DNA from: the human T2T-CHM13v2.0 reference genome, Homo sapiens
DNA: 64,000 bases
NCBI RefSeq assembly: GCF_009914755.1
Contig: NC_060931.1
Direction: 5' to 3' (one strand)
Shown here: piece by piece, positions 10,569 through 27,187 of the stretch
How the letters are laid out: each line of letters starts with the position of its first letter
How positions within the stretch are numbered: position 1 is the stretch's first letter
Program-made: the position numbers and the translations under genes
Notes under the pieces: model-generated
What the model was told of the DNA's origin: nothing
What the model saw: only the letters and a program-made list of their open reading frames with translations
Databases searched by the model: none

Positions 10569-13500
10569 CACATTCAACTAGCTACATGAGGGGGATAAGC
10601 AAATTAATAGGAGCTTTTTGGGGAGGCAGAGGTATGGATGGAAGGGTGGGATTAAAACAAAATAATTTTCAGTGGTTAAGTGGAAGATTTACAAATATCC
10701 ATTAAAAAAGTACCCTCTGGATAAAATAATCAGAAATAAAATAAATTAGCCACTTCTGATCACTGCATTCCCCAAAGTCTCTGAAAATGGTTTGCACTTT
10801 AGACTGTCATGATTTGCAGATATTTACATGACGCAGGTTTCCAACACAGAAAAATGAAGACTAACACTGAGTAACAGATTAGTACAATGCAGAGGAAAAT
10901 AGAGCAAATGAAAATAGCTATCATCTGGTAGCAAAAATAGATTTATGCCGGTGTTAATATCAAAATAAAGACATTCAAACAAATTATGCCAATACATTGG
11001 AACTATTATTCCTAAGACCATAAGGACACCTTCTTATTGCTTCTACTCATAACTAAAAGGTCTGCGGAGATTCTGTAGTAGCCAGAAGGCATAACTTGTA
11101 GTGTATGTAGTAGGGGCTACATCAAGGTTCAACAGCCAAATAAAAACTTTATTACTTTTTAGGCTTGACATCTTTAACAGTAGAACAAGATCACTCATGA
11201 TAAATCTGGAAGATGCAGATGGAAGACAGTGCTTGAAGCCCAAACAAATGATTTACTACAAGTAATTAAAAGCAGAATATGAGAAAAGCAGCAGTGTAAA
11301 TGACGTAAACATTAAAAAATATATTAGTTTGTATATTTCCCCCAGGAAGTCTCACAGGAAGCACAGGACACCTGTGCGGCTGTTTGGGCATCCTGGGTAC
11401 TTCTTGCCCTCAGGTGAACTCCCATCTCTTTAGTTAGGACCAGAATCCACCTGGCTTGTAGGAGAGGAACTACATGGAGAAGCTGCATTGAGGCTTTTAT
11501 TATTAATACCTATGACTCAAGGAATACCAGCCTTGGGGTGCTTTGGGGCCTGGGGAGGGAAGTGACTGGCTCTCCTGCTACACTGGAGACTGTTAGCTCA
11601 TTTCTGAATGGATTTCCTGCAGCGTGGGGTAGTCGACAGCTGTGACAGGAACATTACCTGAAGTGCAGGGTGGTTACCTGCACAAAGTCCCATTTCCAAA
11701 AATTTCTGTGTAATTCACCAGAAATTTTGGATGGAATAATTAGAAAAAAAAAAGAGGTTAAAACATGTAACTCAAATGGTACAGTGATTAGCATTATTTA
11801 ACCAGGAGATTTAAAGTCCAGAAAATTAAATTCTACCTTGGTTCTTCCCAAATGATGCCACGTTTCTGTTTTCTTCCTCTTAAAACTATAAAATGTCCTA
11901 GAGACATACATTTGGGGGAAAGATGCTTTTGAGAAAAGGGACAGAAGGAGAAAAGAAGTCATTTCCCCCTCAAGATAGTTTTAAGCTTATAATATCAGGA
12001 TGCATCACCAAGCTGTTTAAATTTCAGAAAAGCCCTTTATAGATGCTAGTACTGACTAGATTTTAAAATCTGCATATAGTTCTCTATCATATTTTAATTC
12101 GTTCCCACCCCCATCTCAAATAAGATGACTACAGACGTAATGTTTCATCCAGTTGTCCCTGGGACTCTAAAATAAAGCATAAGGGCAAGTGAAATAACAT
12201 TAGGATAATTAAAGATTTTCCAAATGCCACATGACAGTGCTACGTCCATTCAGGCTGTGCATTTTGTTTTCGTTGCTTCTTTCTTTTTTGAGCCAGTCTC
12301 TGGAGCAGGCCAATTTAACAGCCAATATTACCACGATTCTACATTTATCCTCACACTGTGGAAACTACATTTGTTTTCCCCTTGAGTGCCCTTAAATCTA
12401 CAGCCTGCTTCCTCATGTCTGTGAGCAGAATTTGGATAAATGCTTGAGATGGAAAGAACAAAGCATACACCAAAGAATCTGACTGTGTCATTCAACTGCT
12501 TAGAAATGGAAATGATATTCACATTGTGTTCATCTTGGCATCTCGATAAAATGAATCCAATATTTAATGAGTTGTTTTAAAATGCCAGTCACGTGCAGAT
12601 TCCAGAAGGCTACACATCCACTTTAAATAACTCTCCATTTTGAAAATGCAATATTGTCCAACTGGTTATTTGGTGTGACAATGAAAAATCATGCATTCTT
12701 TTCCTGTAATTATTTTACTCTTCATTCATAACATTCGATATGCTCTGAATTTCTTTAAGTATCTCAAAGTGTTTTCTGGAGAAATCTTTTTACTACATCA
12801 TTATACTTGATATTCCATAGCATTGCTATGGACTTTAGAATAAGAGGCTTAACAATTAGGCTTTGGTTTTAATGTCATCTGGACAGAAGTTGGACATGCT
12901 TTGATAACACAATTCAACTACTACACATATTATTGTAATGTGAAATAACACATTTAAAAAGACGAAGGTTCCCCTTTCAGTAGTTATAATCTGTATTATT
13001 CAAGACTGCTGCAAAACTCACAAAAGAATGATATGGATAACAAGAAAGTATAGGAAAGGGGTAAGACACTCACTTAAAGCTTTACCAGAACACAACACAA
13101 AGCAAGAACATCAATTCTCTACATTTGTCTATAAGGCAGATGGCAACTTTTTATACAAGATCTAAAATATGGTGCTTATTAAGAGGTAGAAAATACTAAA
13201 ACAGCATTTAAGAAAAACATGTTGAGTTATCCAAAACAATCAGTTATTTTGCTAAACTTTTACAAAGTCAAACTGCTGTGTGGAATAAACTGTATGTTTT
13301 ATATTAAACTGGGACATTCCATACTCAACAGGGAGGTGATCAAACGGAGGGACAAAAAACGGGGTGGGGTGGGAAGCAGGAAACAGTCTCTTAACTTCTC
13401 AAGGACTCAGCTCTCACTAAGGAGAAATTTCCTACTGTCTCTCTGGGATGCTATTGTGATATTTAATTAATTGGAATTCTTTTCTCTTATGAATAATTTC

Positions 13501-13944
13501 TCTGAGCAACAGGGTACAATTTTGCATATAAGGCAATAGAACTATAGGGAGGAACAAGTTCAAATGCTTCCTTTTCAAGAAGGTGCCGTATACGTCTTAT
13601 ATAAAAATATACATTCCATTAATCTTATATCCTCTCCCTAACCACTAAAATGCAAATGAAAATATTCTTCAGACTCCAGCACCAGCAGAATTGTTCTGTA
13701 TGAGCAATTCAAGAGCTGTCTGAGGCAAAAAGATATTTCAGCTACCAAATTAAACTTGGGTAGCTTACGCATGGGTGAGTAACCCTGGGAATTCTTATTT
13801 CTTAATGCACCTGGGAGAGGTTGATTTTTTTTCTACAACATAATTTTATAAGGCATAAATTTAATTGGAATCTTCCCTAACCTTTGGAAAATTAGTGTTA
13901 AAGCTTCTTTTTTTAACCCACACATGAACATTCAATCTTTCATT

Positions 13945-13950
13945 TTTATT
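13945..13950 (-). terminator. Candidate proximal polyadenylation signal AATAAA
   Basis: About 240 nt after the stop; TGTA elements upstream and GU-rich tgtgtgggtt downstream on -. Confidence 0.5.
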
Positions 13951-14190
13951 AAATAGTTTATATATAAAAAGAAATGTCAAGGTGTTCTACATTCATATAA
14001 ACAATCAGGGTAACATTTGAAATTGTAAAGAAACGCACTGAGGAAAATATAGACTTAAAGAGTTACAATGCTAAGCTAAGCACAAGTGATCATCCTAGAG
14101 TATCTTTTAAATATATAAACACAGGTTTGTGCCACTTCAGAAGGCAAGCACAGGAGAAATACACTAATGTTATCTTTCTTCTTTACTTTT

Positions 14191-14287
14191 TCACCATAAG
14201 ACAGGATGGTCCAGTTTGGAAAAACCAAGATCTTTTCTAAGTTCCAAATAGGTGCCGTTGCTCACCCAAGAGTCATCGTCGGATTTC
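14191..14287 (-). CDS. OSBPL3: OSBPL3 terminal exon, coding part (97 nt including TGA)
   Basis: acag|G AAA TCC...TGG TGA; KSDDDSWVSNGTYLELRKDLGFSKLDHPVLW*. Confidence 0.96.
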
Positions 14288-14438
14288 CTGTGAAAGAAGA
14301 AACAATTTCTTGCAGACTCTTGAAACCAGCGTCACATTCTCAAGTCTCTTTCCTTCCTAACCTCCCTGCTTTCCCCATCCTCATTCCCACATGCATTCAG
14401 CGTCCCAGAGTGTTGGGACCGGGAATTCTGGGAATTAG

Positions 14439-14764
<326 letters not shown>

Positions 14765-14968
14765 ATTTTGTTACACGACTTTAACTTCTCAAACTTAGAG
14801 GCTATGAAAAGTGGTGCTTCTGAGAGGAGGAGGATGTGGGGAGAGTCTGTCATATACAAAACATAACTTGCATGACTGTCAGCACCTTGGGAATGACTGC
14901 ACAAAAGCTACACATCAACCAGGTTGTACATAGGAAGTGGTTAACTTTTTTTTTTTTTTTTTAAAGGA

Positions 14969-15273
14969 GGCCGGGTGTGGTGGCTCACGCCTGTAATCTC
15001 GGTACTTTGGGAGGCCGAAGCGGGCACATCACGAGGTCAGGAGTTCAAGACCAGCTTGGCCAACATGGCAAAACTCCGTGCCTACTAAATATACAAAAAT
15101 TAGCCGGGCATGGTGGCGGGCACCCGTAATCCCAGCTACTCAAGAGGCCGAGGCAGGAGAATCGCTTGGAACTGGAAGGCAGAGGTTGCAGCAGAGAGCT
15201 AGGATCACGGCACTGCACTCCAGCCTGGAAGACAGAGCAAGACTCCTTCTCAAAAAAAAAAAAAAAAAAAAAA
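14969..15273 (+). mobile_element. Alu (S-like)
   Basis: GGCCGGG start, poly-A tail. Confidence 0.92.
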
Positions 15274-15605
15274 GTAATTGAAAGCCATAAGAGTCTGGAG
15301 AGATTAGTCCTGATTTTCTATTCTTTGAATAGAGAATATATGACACAGACCAAATTCAAAGGGCGCAAAAGGGTATACAGCTTCAAGTTTTTATCTTCCC
15401 CCTCTCTGCCAGCCTCCTGATTCTTCTCCTCAGAGGTAGTGATGTTATCAGCTTCATTCTTTCAGGGAAATTCCGTGTGTGTGTGTGTGAACACACACTC
15501 TATTCCCTCTCATTCTGACATAATGTTGTACCAGACACTGTTCTACCCTTTCAGCTTTGACATAATGAAACATATTGGAGATCATTTCCGATTAGTACAA
15601 TAAGG

Positions 15606-15833
15606 TAAGGGTCAGCAAACTATGGCCCAAGGGTCGAATCCAGCCTTCTGCGTATCTCTGAAATACTGTTTTATTGGAACATGGCCATGTCCATTTGTTT
15701 AAATACTGTTTATGGCTGCTTTCAATGCTGAACAGCGGGGCTGCATAATAGCTACTGAATGAATTGAACCTGATGGCCTGCAAAACCAACAATCTTATCA
15801 TTTGCTCTTTATAGGAAAAGTTTGGTGACTCTA
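15606..15833. mobile_element. MER58A-like hAT element
   Basis: AGGGTCAGCAAACTATGGCCC...GAAAAGTTTGGTGACTCTAG termini; internal GTTTTATTGGAACA. Confidence 0.75.
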
Positions 15834-17505
15834 GCAATAAGGGATTCCTCATTTTCTTTTTATACAGTTGTATGATATTCCATTGTATGGATGGACCACA
15901 ATTTACTTAATAGGTACCCCACTGATGGGTACTTAGGTTATTTCTAAACTCTAGCTCGGCATGTTATTTTGTATGTGTGTGAGTACGGTTACATTAACAA
16001 TTCCTGTAATTAGCATGGCTGGGTCAAAGAGTATGTGCATTTGTGATTCTGACTGATATTACCATATGGTTTAGAAGCAAAAGTGGAGTGTGCCTGTTTT
16101 CCTACACTCTCAGGAATGTAGATTTTTATCACACTTGTTTCCCTATTCCAGTAACACTATATGTTTAAAAATGAGTCAATCTGTGTATCAGACAGTTCAC
16201 TATTTTAAAACAAAGAGGCTCAATTTGGTCTGAGCTCCAGCTTCCACTTAGAATTTTCAGTGATTTTGTTGCTGTTCCTCAGTAAGTGTTAATGACAACA
16301 TCCAAGTCCCCATATTCCTCTCCAAAATCTCTTTGCCAGGTTTCTAATTTGAACAGTCCCAAGGAGGACTGCTACTGCTGAACAACTCTCGCTCTTTCTC
16401 CAATTGAAAAAAATTTTCCCATCTAATACTATGATCATTTTACAGACAGTCAAAAAGAAAAAGAGCAATGGCCGCCCCAGCTGAAGCAGCTTTCCGTCCT
16501 TTTTCATTCCAGACACAATTCCTTCCTGATTGCAATGACAGCATAATCACATTCTGTATCTTGCATTTACATGGTAATGTGTTTCCAGCAGAGCTCCACA
16601 GGCTTCGTAAGGTCATCCTTAATGCCTCATGTTGGATCGAGTTGGTGAATCTCCTTAACTAGTCCTTGAGACAGTTTGGTTACCTACCATTTTTAATGAT
16701 CCTAAAAAGTACTGTAATGAACATCTTCATAATTGTACATTTTTCTTTTTTTAAAAAATGAAAATAGACAATGTATGGAAGAAAAAGAACCAACCTACTT
16801 AAGGGTGTAATGTGTTTATCTATTAACTGATCAGTAAATCAACTGATCAGTCTGTTAATCTATCCATTTTTCTATTTCTTGCCTTTTTCAAAAAAGAGTG
16901 TAACATTTCCATCTTATTCTTTAAACGTTTAAATGAAGCTTGAATATTTCAGGATGAAATTTTGGCCAGTTGATTTTCCATCACTAATATCTTGAATTTG
17001 TGGAAATGATCAGAAGGGATCTAGTAGAATCTACATCAACTTTAGGGAAAAGAGCATCATATTCTTCAAGACAAAACCTTATTTGTCACTATTTTGATGT
17101 TTTGGAATACAGATTTTATTACTGCTGCTGTTATTAATAACTAAATCCTAAAAGTACTTCTGTTGTCCACTAAAAACAAACAAAAACACAAACAAAAAAC
17201 ATCCCAAAACAATGAAAAGACACTGGTGGCCCTGGAAGGACTTGGGCAGATGGAGTAGAGCAGGAACTTGCTGCTTTTTCACATACACCTATTTAAGTTT
17301 TTTAAAAAAAGAAAACAGAAAAACTAAAATCATATAGGCCCTGGCCTGGTAGTGAGGAGAGTCAGGCCCCATTCCAGGGTATTATACCGAGTCCTTCAAC
17401 AGATCCCCCACCTGCCTTGAGCTTTCTCTTCTACTCAGTTATAGGAGGAGATGGGGAGGTGAAGGGTTGAAGATCTCTCATACCTCCTTTAAAAATTTAT
17501 ATCTA

Positions 17506-17913
<408 letters not shown>

Positions 17914-18322
17914 TTAACTGTGGAGTGATCGTGAATGATCTCTGTCATGGTGTAAAACATGCCTATGGGGGTGACCAACCTTAGCTGTGGATTTAATAAG
18001 CTGGCCTGGTGCTGGGACCCAGTTCTGGCAGGCTCCCTGACTGAGGAGCTCCTCTGCAAACTCACTGGCTGAGGGCACTGGAAAAGCTCAAGGAATGCAA
18101 AAATGCAGGCCCTAGTCCTGTCTGAAGTCAGCAAGAGGGAGAGCCTGAAGGTAAGTGCGGGGGACAGGGCCTGGCACAGAGGAGCAGTACCCCCACGTGG
18201 AAGCAGGAAAAGCCTGGAGAATGCTCTTATCTGGGGACAGTACTGTTCACTTTCTGCAAACCAGAAGCATAACGTGCTGGCACCACCTATCAACCAAAAA
18301 CCTACTCAATCCAGGCACGAAC

Positions 18323-18445
18323 CTGAAAAACCGAGGCTGGTGCTCCACATGATTTTCTTCTAAGACCCGCCGCCTTTCTCTCTGCAGTTGTTCAATCCTC
18401 TGCTTTTGTATTTCAGCTTCTTCTAAGTTCCCTTCCTCTAGAAAC
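18323..18445 (-). CDS. OSBPL3: OSBPL3 coding exon (probably 22; 123 nt)
   Basis: tcag|G...AG|gttcgt; [40 protein letters not shown]. Confidence 0.96.
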
Positions 18446-19421
18446 CTGAGGCATCGAGGAAAAAAAAATGAAAGGATATGAATTCAAGAAAACAAAACAA
18501 TCATTACTACTCAACTTGCATGTGTCCACGACTGGATATTCAAAATCCTCTCCTATACGTAAGACCCCGCCCCAACCGTTTAATCCGTATCTTGAAGTAG
18601 TCAGAGAAGATATTTTTTTGAATTGGTGATATTTACATAATTCAAAAATTATATCTACAAAAAAGAATTTGGGGCAAAGTCTTCCTTTCTTCCTTGTCTC
18701 TAATTCCAGCCACCTTCACCCTCCCACCCTAGAAAACCCACTTTATTAGTTTCCTCTGCATCCTTCTAGAGATTCTTCATGTGTATATAAACAAATATTA
18801 ACACATATTCTTATCCCTCCCTCCGTTTAAAAAATATAAATGGTAGCATGCTATGTATCCCTTGATTTTTGGTTTTGGTTTATTTTTTATTTAACAATAT
18901 ATCTTACAGATCTTTCCATGGATGTACATACATCTTCATTTTTTAATAGCCACATAATATCCAGTTGCGTGGATGTATATGAATTTAGACAATTTCCTAT
19001 GGATAGACATTTGAATCATTTGAATCATTTTAATGTGACAATGCCGCAATAAATGACCTTGTATATCCATCATTTTACATGAGTAAGTAGGAAAAATCTG
19101 TAGGAGAAATTTCTAGAAGTGAAATTGCTGGATGAAAGGGTGAGTGTGTAATTTATATATTACTGAACTGCCCTTTATGGGGATCATACCCAATTTATAT
19201 TCCCATCAGCAATGCTGAGAGTGCCCTTTTCTCCCATAACCTCAAAGTGTATAAAACTTCTGAATTTTTGCCAATCTGATAGGTTAAAAATTGGGATGTC
19301 GACATGATTTTTAAATTTGCATTTTTCTTATTATGATTAAGGCTGAGCATCTTTTCACATGCTTAAGGGATATCTGCATTTCCTATTTTGTGGACTGTTC
19401 ATTTTCCTATGTCCATTTTTT

Positions 19422-19812
19422 TTAACACAAACTTAAGATAAATTTAATTGAAAATGTTCATCACAGAAATTAACAATGCTTGCCATTCTTTAAACACCAC
19501 ATACGTTATTAATATATACTGTATATTTCCAATTAACTCCATTCTTAGGCTTGATTTAAGAAACACAATTGTAACAGACTTTATACAAAAAATACTTCCC
19601 TAAAAAAGTAGACAAACTGCACGAAACAGTACAAGCATAATGTGCATAGCAAGATAGCTTGAAGCATTCTATGTATGGCTTTCTTTAAAATAAATTAGGG
19701 GAATGGGCCCATTTGGGACCAACTGTTACAGCTGACATACGTAAACTGTTTCACATCTCTTTTAGGCATTTGCTAACAACAGTGTTCAATCCCTGCAAAA
19801 TGAATTTACCTC
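19422..19812 (-). pseudogene. 391-bp retrotransposed mRNA 3'-end fragment, parent not identified
   Basis: 16-bp TSD CCTATGTCCATTTTTT (19406-19421 and 19813-19828); ATTAAA 19 nt before a short A-run on -. Confidence 0.7.
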
Positions 19813-19967
19813 CCTATGTCCATTTTTTCTAATGGGTTGATCTGTTACTAGATTTCTAGAGGCAATTCATGACATGAGTTGCAGATACGGACTTCTCCGT
19901 TTGTCATTTATCTTTTGACCTTATATATATAGTTTTATTTATTTTGCCATAAAGAAGGGCTTAAGTT

Positions 19968-20230
<263 letters not shown>

Positions 20231-20783
20231 TTGTTTGTTTTTAATAAAGCCAAATGTAACAATCTTTTCTTTCCTTGGGCTTCTAGATTTTGAGTCTTAA
20301 TTAGAAAGGCCTTAGGGGAGACATTCTTATTTCCATTTTACAGAGTAGGAAACTGAGGCCAGGAAAGATGAAAAGACCTACCATATATCACACACCTTGT
20401 GAGCAGCAACCTAGAATCAGCAGTTAGATCTCAGTGCACCAAAATCATTTAAATTTGAGGGCTCGGGGAGCTGGAGGTTTTAACTTACTTACTTTACACT
20501 AAGTTCTTTATTACTGCATGCAGTAAAACTCTTCAAAATAAACACCTTTTTTGGCATTTCAATGCAAATGGGGCTTTACAGATAATAAAGGCCATGCCAC
20601 ACATGGATCCTAGTTGGGCCCCATCTCCTCCGTGATACAATTGTTTAAAGCATCCCCACCTCTCAATTCCTGATGACATTTTCCACCTTTCTCAGGTGCC
20701 TCTGGTGGCCTAAGGATTGTTAATAAGACTTTTTGTAAAGGGTTTTACATCTCTGGAGAGAAAAATCTTTAAAAAATCCTTAC

Positions 20784-20910
20784 CTCTGGTCTGGCCTAAA
20801 TCGAGTGTCAGTAGGTGGCAATAAAGACTTTGATGATGGATCCATTTCATTTAATTCCAGCGCAAACTGTGTGAAGCTATAGTATTGCTCGTAGCCTTTC
20901 GGCATAGGAT
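20784..20910 (-). CDS. OSBPL3: OSBPL3 coding exon (probably 21; 127 nt)
   Basis: ttag|AT...AG|gtaagg; (N)[41 protein letters not shown](R) (LPPTDxRxRPD motif). Confidence 0.96.
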
Positions 20911-21127
20911 CTAAGAAGAAAATAAATCATTCACCCCTAACTTGCATGTTACTTATGTTACATTTTAATTCCTTCACCTTTTTCGTCTCAGCCTAGCTAC
21001 AATTTTTCTCTCTCAGCTCCCTTCCATTTCTGTTAAAATATTCTGACTAATGAACAGGCACTGAACATTTCTCTATAAATTTTCTTCTCTATAATTTTTC
21101 TTCTGCCTACAGGGATGTGGCCTCCTA

Positions 21128-21540
<413 letters not shown>

Positions 21541-21912
21541 ACATACTAATATCAGCTCTGGGTCCATTTTTCCTGATTCTCACTCTAGAGAATCTGTTTT
21601 TGATTTAAGTGATGTCAAATTCTCTTGAAACTCTGTTTAGTACCTAGAACAGTGCTGAACACAGAGCAAGTGGTTAATAAATGTTATTCTTTTCTTCCAT
21701 TCCTACCCTTTTTACCAATTCTTGCCTCTCCTCAATCTTACATCTTTAAAACATTAGGTGCATTGCCCTAACTGGAATTCCAAAAAAGCTAAACATACCC
21801 AAATTTACATATTGTATAAATCCAATGTAGACTACTAAGATCTACTTACAGCCTAAGCTCTTCACACATAACAAGAGAAATGCTTGCCAGTAACTCTTCT
21901 GCAGACCCCCCC

Positions 21913-22210
21913 TTTTTTTTTATTGAAAGGGTCTCACTCTGTCCACCCAGGCTGGAGGACAGTGACACGATCTCAGCTCACTGCAACCTCTACTTCCAGG
22001 GTTTAAGTGATTCTCATGCCTCACCCTCCTGAGTAGCTGGGACTACAGTAGATGCACACCACCATGCCTGGCTAATCTTTGTATTTTTAGTAGAGATGAG
22101 ATTTTGCCATGTTGTCCAGAGCAGTCTTGAACTCCTGGCCTTAAACAATCTGCCTGCCTTGGCTTCCCAAAGTGCTGGGATTACAGGCGTGAGCCACCAT
22201 GCCCGACTGG
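21913..22210 (-). mobile_element. Alu (J-like)
   Basis: Diverged full dimer. Confidence 0.9.
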
Positions 22211-22620
22211 GACCCATTTTTTGAATCTTCATAAGTCCTCCTTGTAACTAGTCTAATTCTCTGTGTATCCTAAGCATAAAAATAGTAGCAAAGTTTCCTA
22301 TGGTGTCTTGGTCAGCTCCCCAGTAACCAGGGAGTGAAGATAGTGCTTTTTCTTAAAGATGGGCCAGGGATGCTCACTGCCATTAGAGAGACATAAAGTC
22401 AAGGAATAATGACAGTAACAAAAATTTAAACAGTGTTGCTTTATCAAGGTGGTACTTTAACACTGAGACAGGATCGCAGTTCTCATCTGTGATGCATACT
22501 TTAAGCAAAGGAGACAGACTGTGCCATTTGCAAAATCTCATGCTTGCCTCTGAAGCTAGGAAGGCTTCCACTGGTGCCAATTCATTCTAACTTCACGGCA
22601 ACCTCTGCAACAGTGGGAGA

Positions 22621-23193
22621 TGTGGCAGCTACCCATTGAAAGGGCCACTGCTGGCTGCCTACTTGACCATCATTTCTCTTTCTTGCTTGCTAACAGAATA
22701 CTGATTCTGTTCAAATGGCATTGTGCCCTTACTGGGGATTAATCCAAGACATCTAAATCTCTCTTGCCTACTCTGTTGCCCGTGACTGGTTCACGGATGG
22801 GTCTGAACCCACTGCAGGCTGACGTGATATAAAGTCCCATTTGCTGCGGGATCTTAGGAAATGTTCCTGAGAAAAGAGAGGCACGAGAGAGGAAAGCTCT
22901 TTTGTCCTCTCATTACATGCTTGGTATGCTGTCATGCAGGGGTATGACACTGAATGGTAACAACCATTTTGCATTCATTAGGGGAAACACCACGGCACAC
23001 TGGGAGTAGCAGAATGTATCCTCACTGATCTGTGTGTCCTTGACACAGGTAAATTGCCTATGTAACAACCCTGGAGCCACCCCCCCCACTCACTTACTGT
23101 TGTGTAATAGCACACAGCCTAACGGTTTAAACCACCAGTCAAATGGTTTTCTGTTTGGTTTTTTACCAGCCTGAAGCATCCTAACAGTTATAT
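22621..23193. mobile_element. MaLR (MLT1-like) LTR
   Basis: TGTGGCAG start, GACTGGTTC..GGATGG, CCATTTTG, AGCATCCTAAC end. Confidence 0.5.
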
Positions 23194-23814
23194 CTCAGAA
23201 CAATGGTTTACAATATGACTGTGACTTGGAAACAACATAATTTTCGGACTTAGGAGATGGAATAAGATGTTAAAGTATGGTGGGGACATGCTGATGAAAG
23301 CTGGGGTTCCCTAGCTCTTCTGCCCATATCTGCTCCAAGAGCTCAGCACCCTTCTGGAATCACAGGAGTGATGAGGATGGCTTTTGGGGTTAGGTCAGCC
23401 TGGGGATAGTTAACATTTGTAGGTCTCCTGGGTCACTGCTTTTCCAGGAACACTTTCCTCTTTGTCCTTGCTGTAGAATGACTTCTTGCATTTCACTGAT
23501 ACTCTTTTATAGTACCCAGTAGAGTTATGCATGTGGACTGCCAGATTCCCTCAGAGAGTGCCCATGGATTAGCAATGCTTGTTCTGGGGTTAAGAACCCG
23601 GGACCCAGCAGCCCAGCAGAGGTGTTGCTGTAAGTAAGCATGACAGGGAGGTGAAGACTGGATGAAGGAAAGAGGGCCTACACCTCTAACCTAGTTCAAA
23701 GCAGAAGAGGCTGGAGATGCTGAACAGACACTACTCCTGTCCTCTGTGGCTTCTTGTGTCATGCCCACCCATCCACCCACTCACAGCCTGGGGTCCACAA
23801 ACCCAGACACTCAC

Positions 23815-23959
23815 TTGCTCTCCATACACAGGCAGAAGAGGAGCCGCCGCCACAGTAGATGCTTTCATGCCATTTCCCAAACAGCCGATGAACCGCTTTT
23901 CCACTCCTGTCAAACACTGTGCCTTCAATCTCATGGGCATTAGTGCTCCAGTATTTTGC
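23815..23959 (-). CDS. OSBPL3: OSBPL3 coding exon (probably 20; 145 nt)
   Basis: ctag|GCA...GCAA|gtgagt; AKYWSTNAHEIEGTVFDRSGKAVHRLFGKWHESIYCGGGSSSACVWRA. Confidence 0.96.
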
Positions 23960-24099
23960 CTAGGATTCAAATGAGTTGTTGGCTTAGTCCTTTAGCATCA
24001 GCTTATTACAGATATTAAGGAAAGAAAAAAGGAAAAGCTAGAGAAAGGACTGTAAGAGTGGCTCCATACTGCATATTAGTTTGCTAGTTCTGGGTTCCG

Positions 24100-25880
<1,781 letters not shown>

Positions 25881-25938
25881 TTGGATTTTGGCTTTAAAAA
25901 ACTCATACCTTTAGTTATTTAATAAAAATGAATGGTTA

Positions 25939-26352
<414 letters not shown>

Positions 26353-26443
26353 AAGGTTCAGTTTCTATATATCAAGCGAGTAGTGTGGGTATTCTCACTA
26401 TGTATTGGTCCAGGTCTGCGAGGCAACCTTGCACTCTATTCTG

Positions 26444-26498
26444 CTCAGTTCAGCTCAGCTCAGGCCAGTCCAGCCCAGCTCAGGCCAGTCCAGCCCAG
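26444..26498. repeat. Pentamer tandem array (CAGCT/CAGCC/CAGTC/CAGGC)
   Basis: About 11 pentamers, including the 20-mer cagctcaggccagtccagcc twice. Confidence 0.8.
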
Positions 26499-26507
26499 AG
26501 GATTTTA

Positions 26508-26541
26508 TACAGTTCCACACTGCAGCCAGCAGAGGGAGCTC
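26508..26541 (+). promoter_or_regulatory. CTCF core motif with upstream module
   Basis: TACAGTTCC-acactg-CAGCCAGCAGAGGGAGCTC. Confidence 0.6.
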
Positions 26542-26841
26542 TAGCACCCTAGAGTTGGTTTTTTTTGTTTGTTTTTTGTTTTTCAAATTACCTGGCTGCC
26601 CTAAAAATCTCTATGAAAGAATGGCAAAGGCATTTCTCCATAAATCAAAAAACCCTAGTACTATTTTCAGCTTAAACAGAGTCCATACTTGGAAACTAAT
26701 CATGTTGAATGGCATTTTCAGGTCAGATTCTGGTAGTTCAGCTTCCGCATTTCAAGGCTGTGGTAAAAATGGTGGGGCACGGAAGTGTCTCAGACCTGAA
26801 TTAGAAATTTAAAGTTGAGCTCTCCAGCCATGTAAGAATGA

Positions 26842-27187
<346 letters not shown>

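Larger units (their letters stand above)
10545..14190 (-). other. OSBPL3: OSBPL3 3' UTR (~3.6 kb; end approximate)
   Basis: AT-rich, Alu-free stretch after the stop codon, ending about 20 nt past AATAAA at 10568-10563. Confidence 0.75.

Noticed and set aside
16823-16860. Small inverted/direct repeat around ctgatcag
   Set aside because: Arms too short and interrupted to support a structure claim
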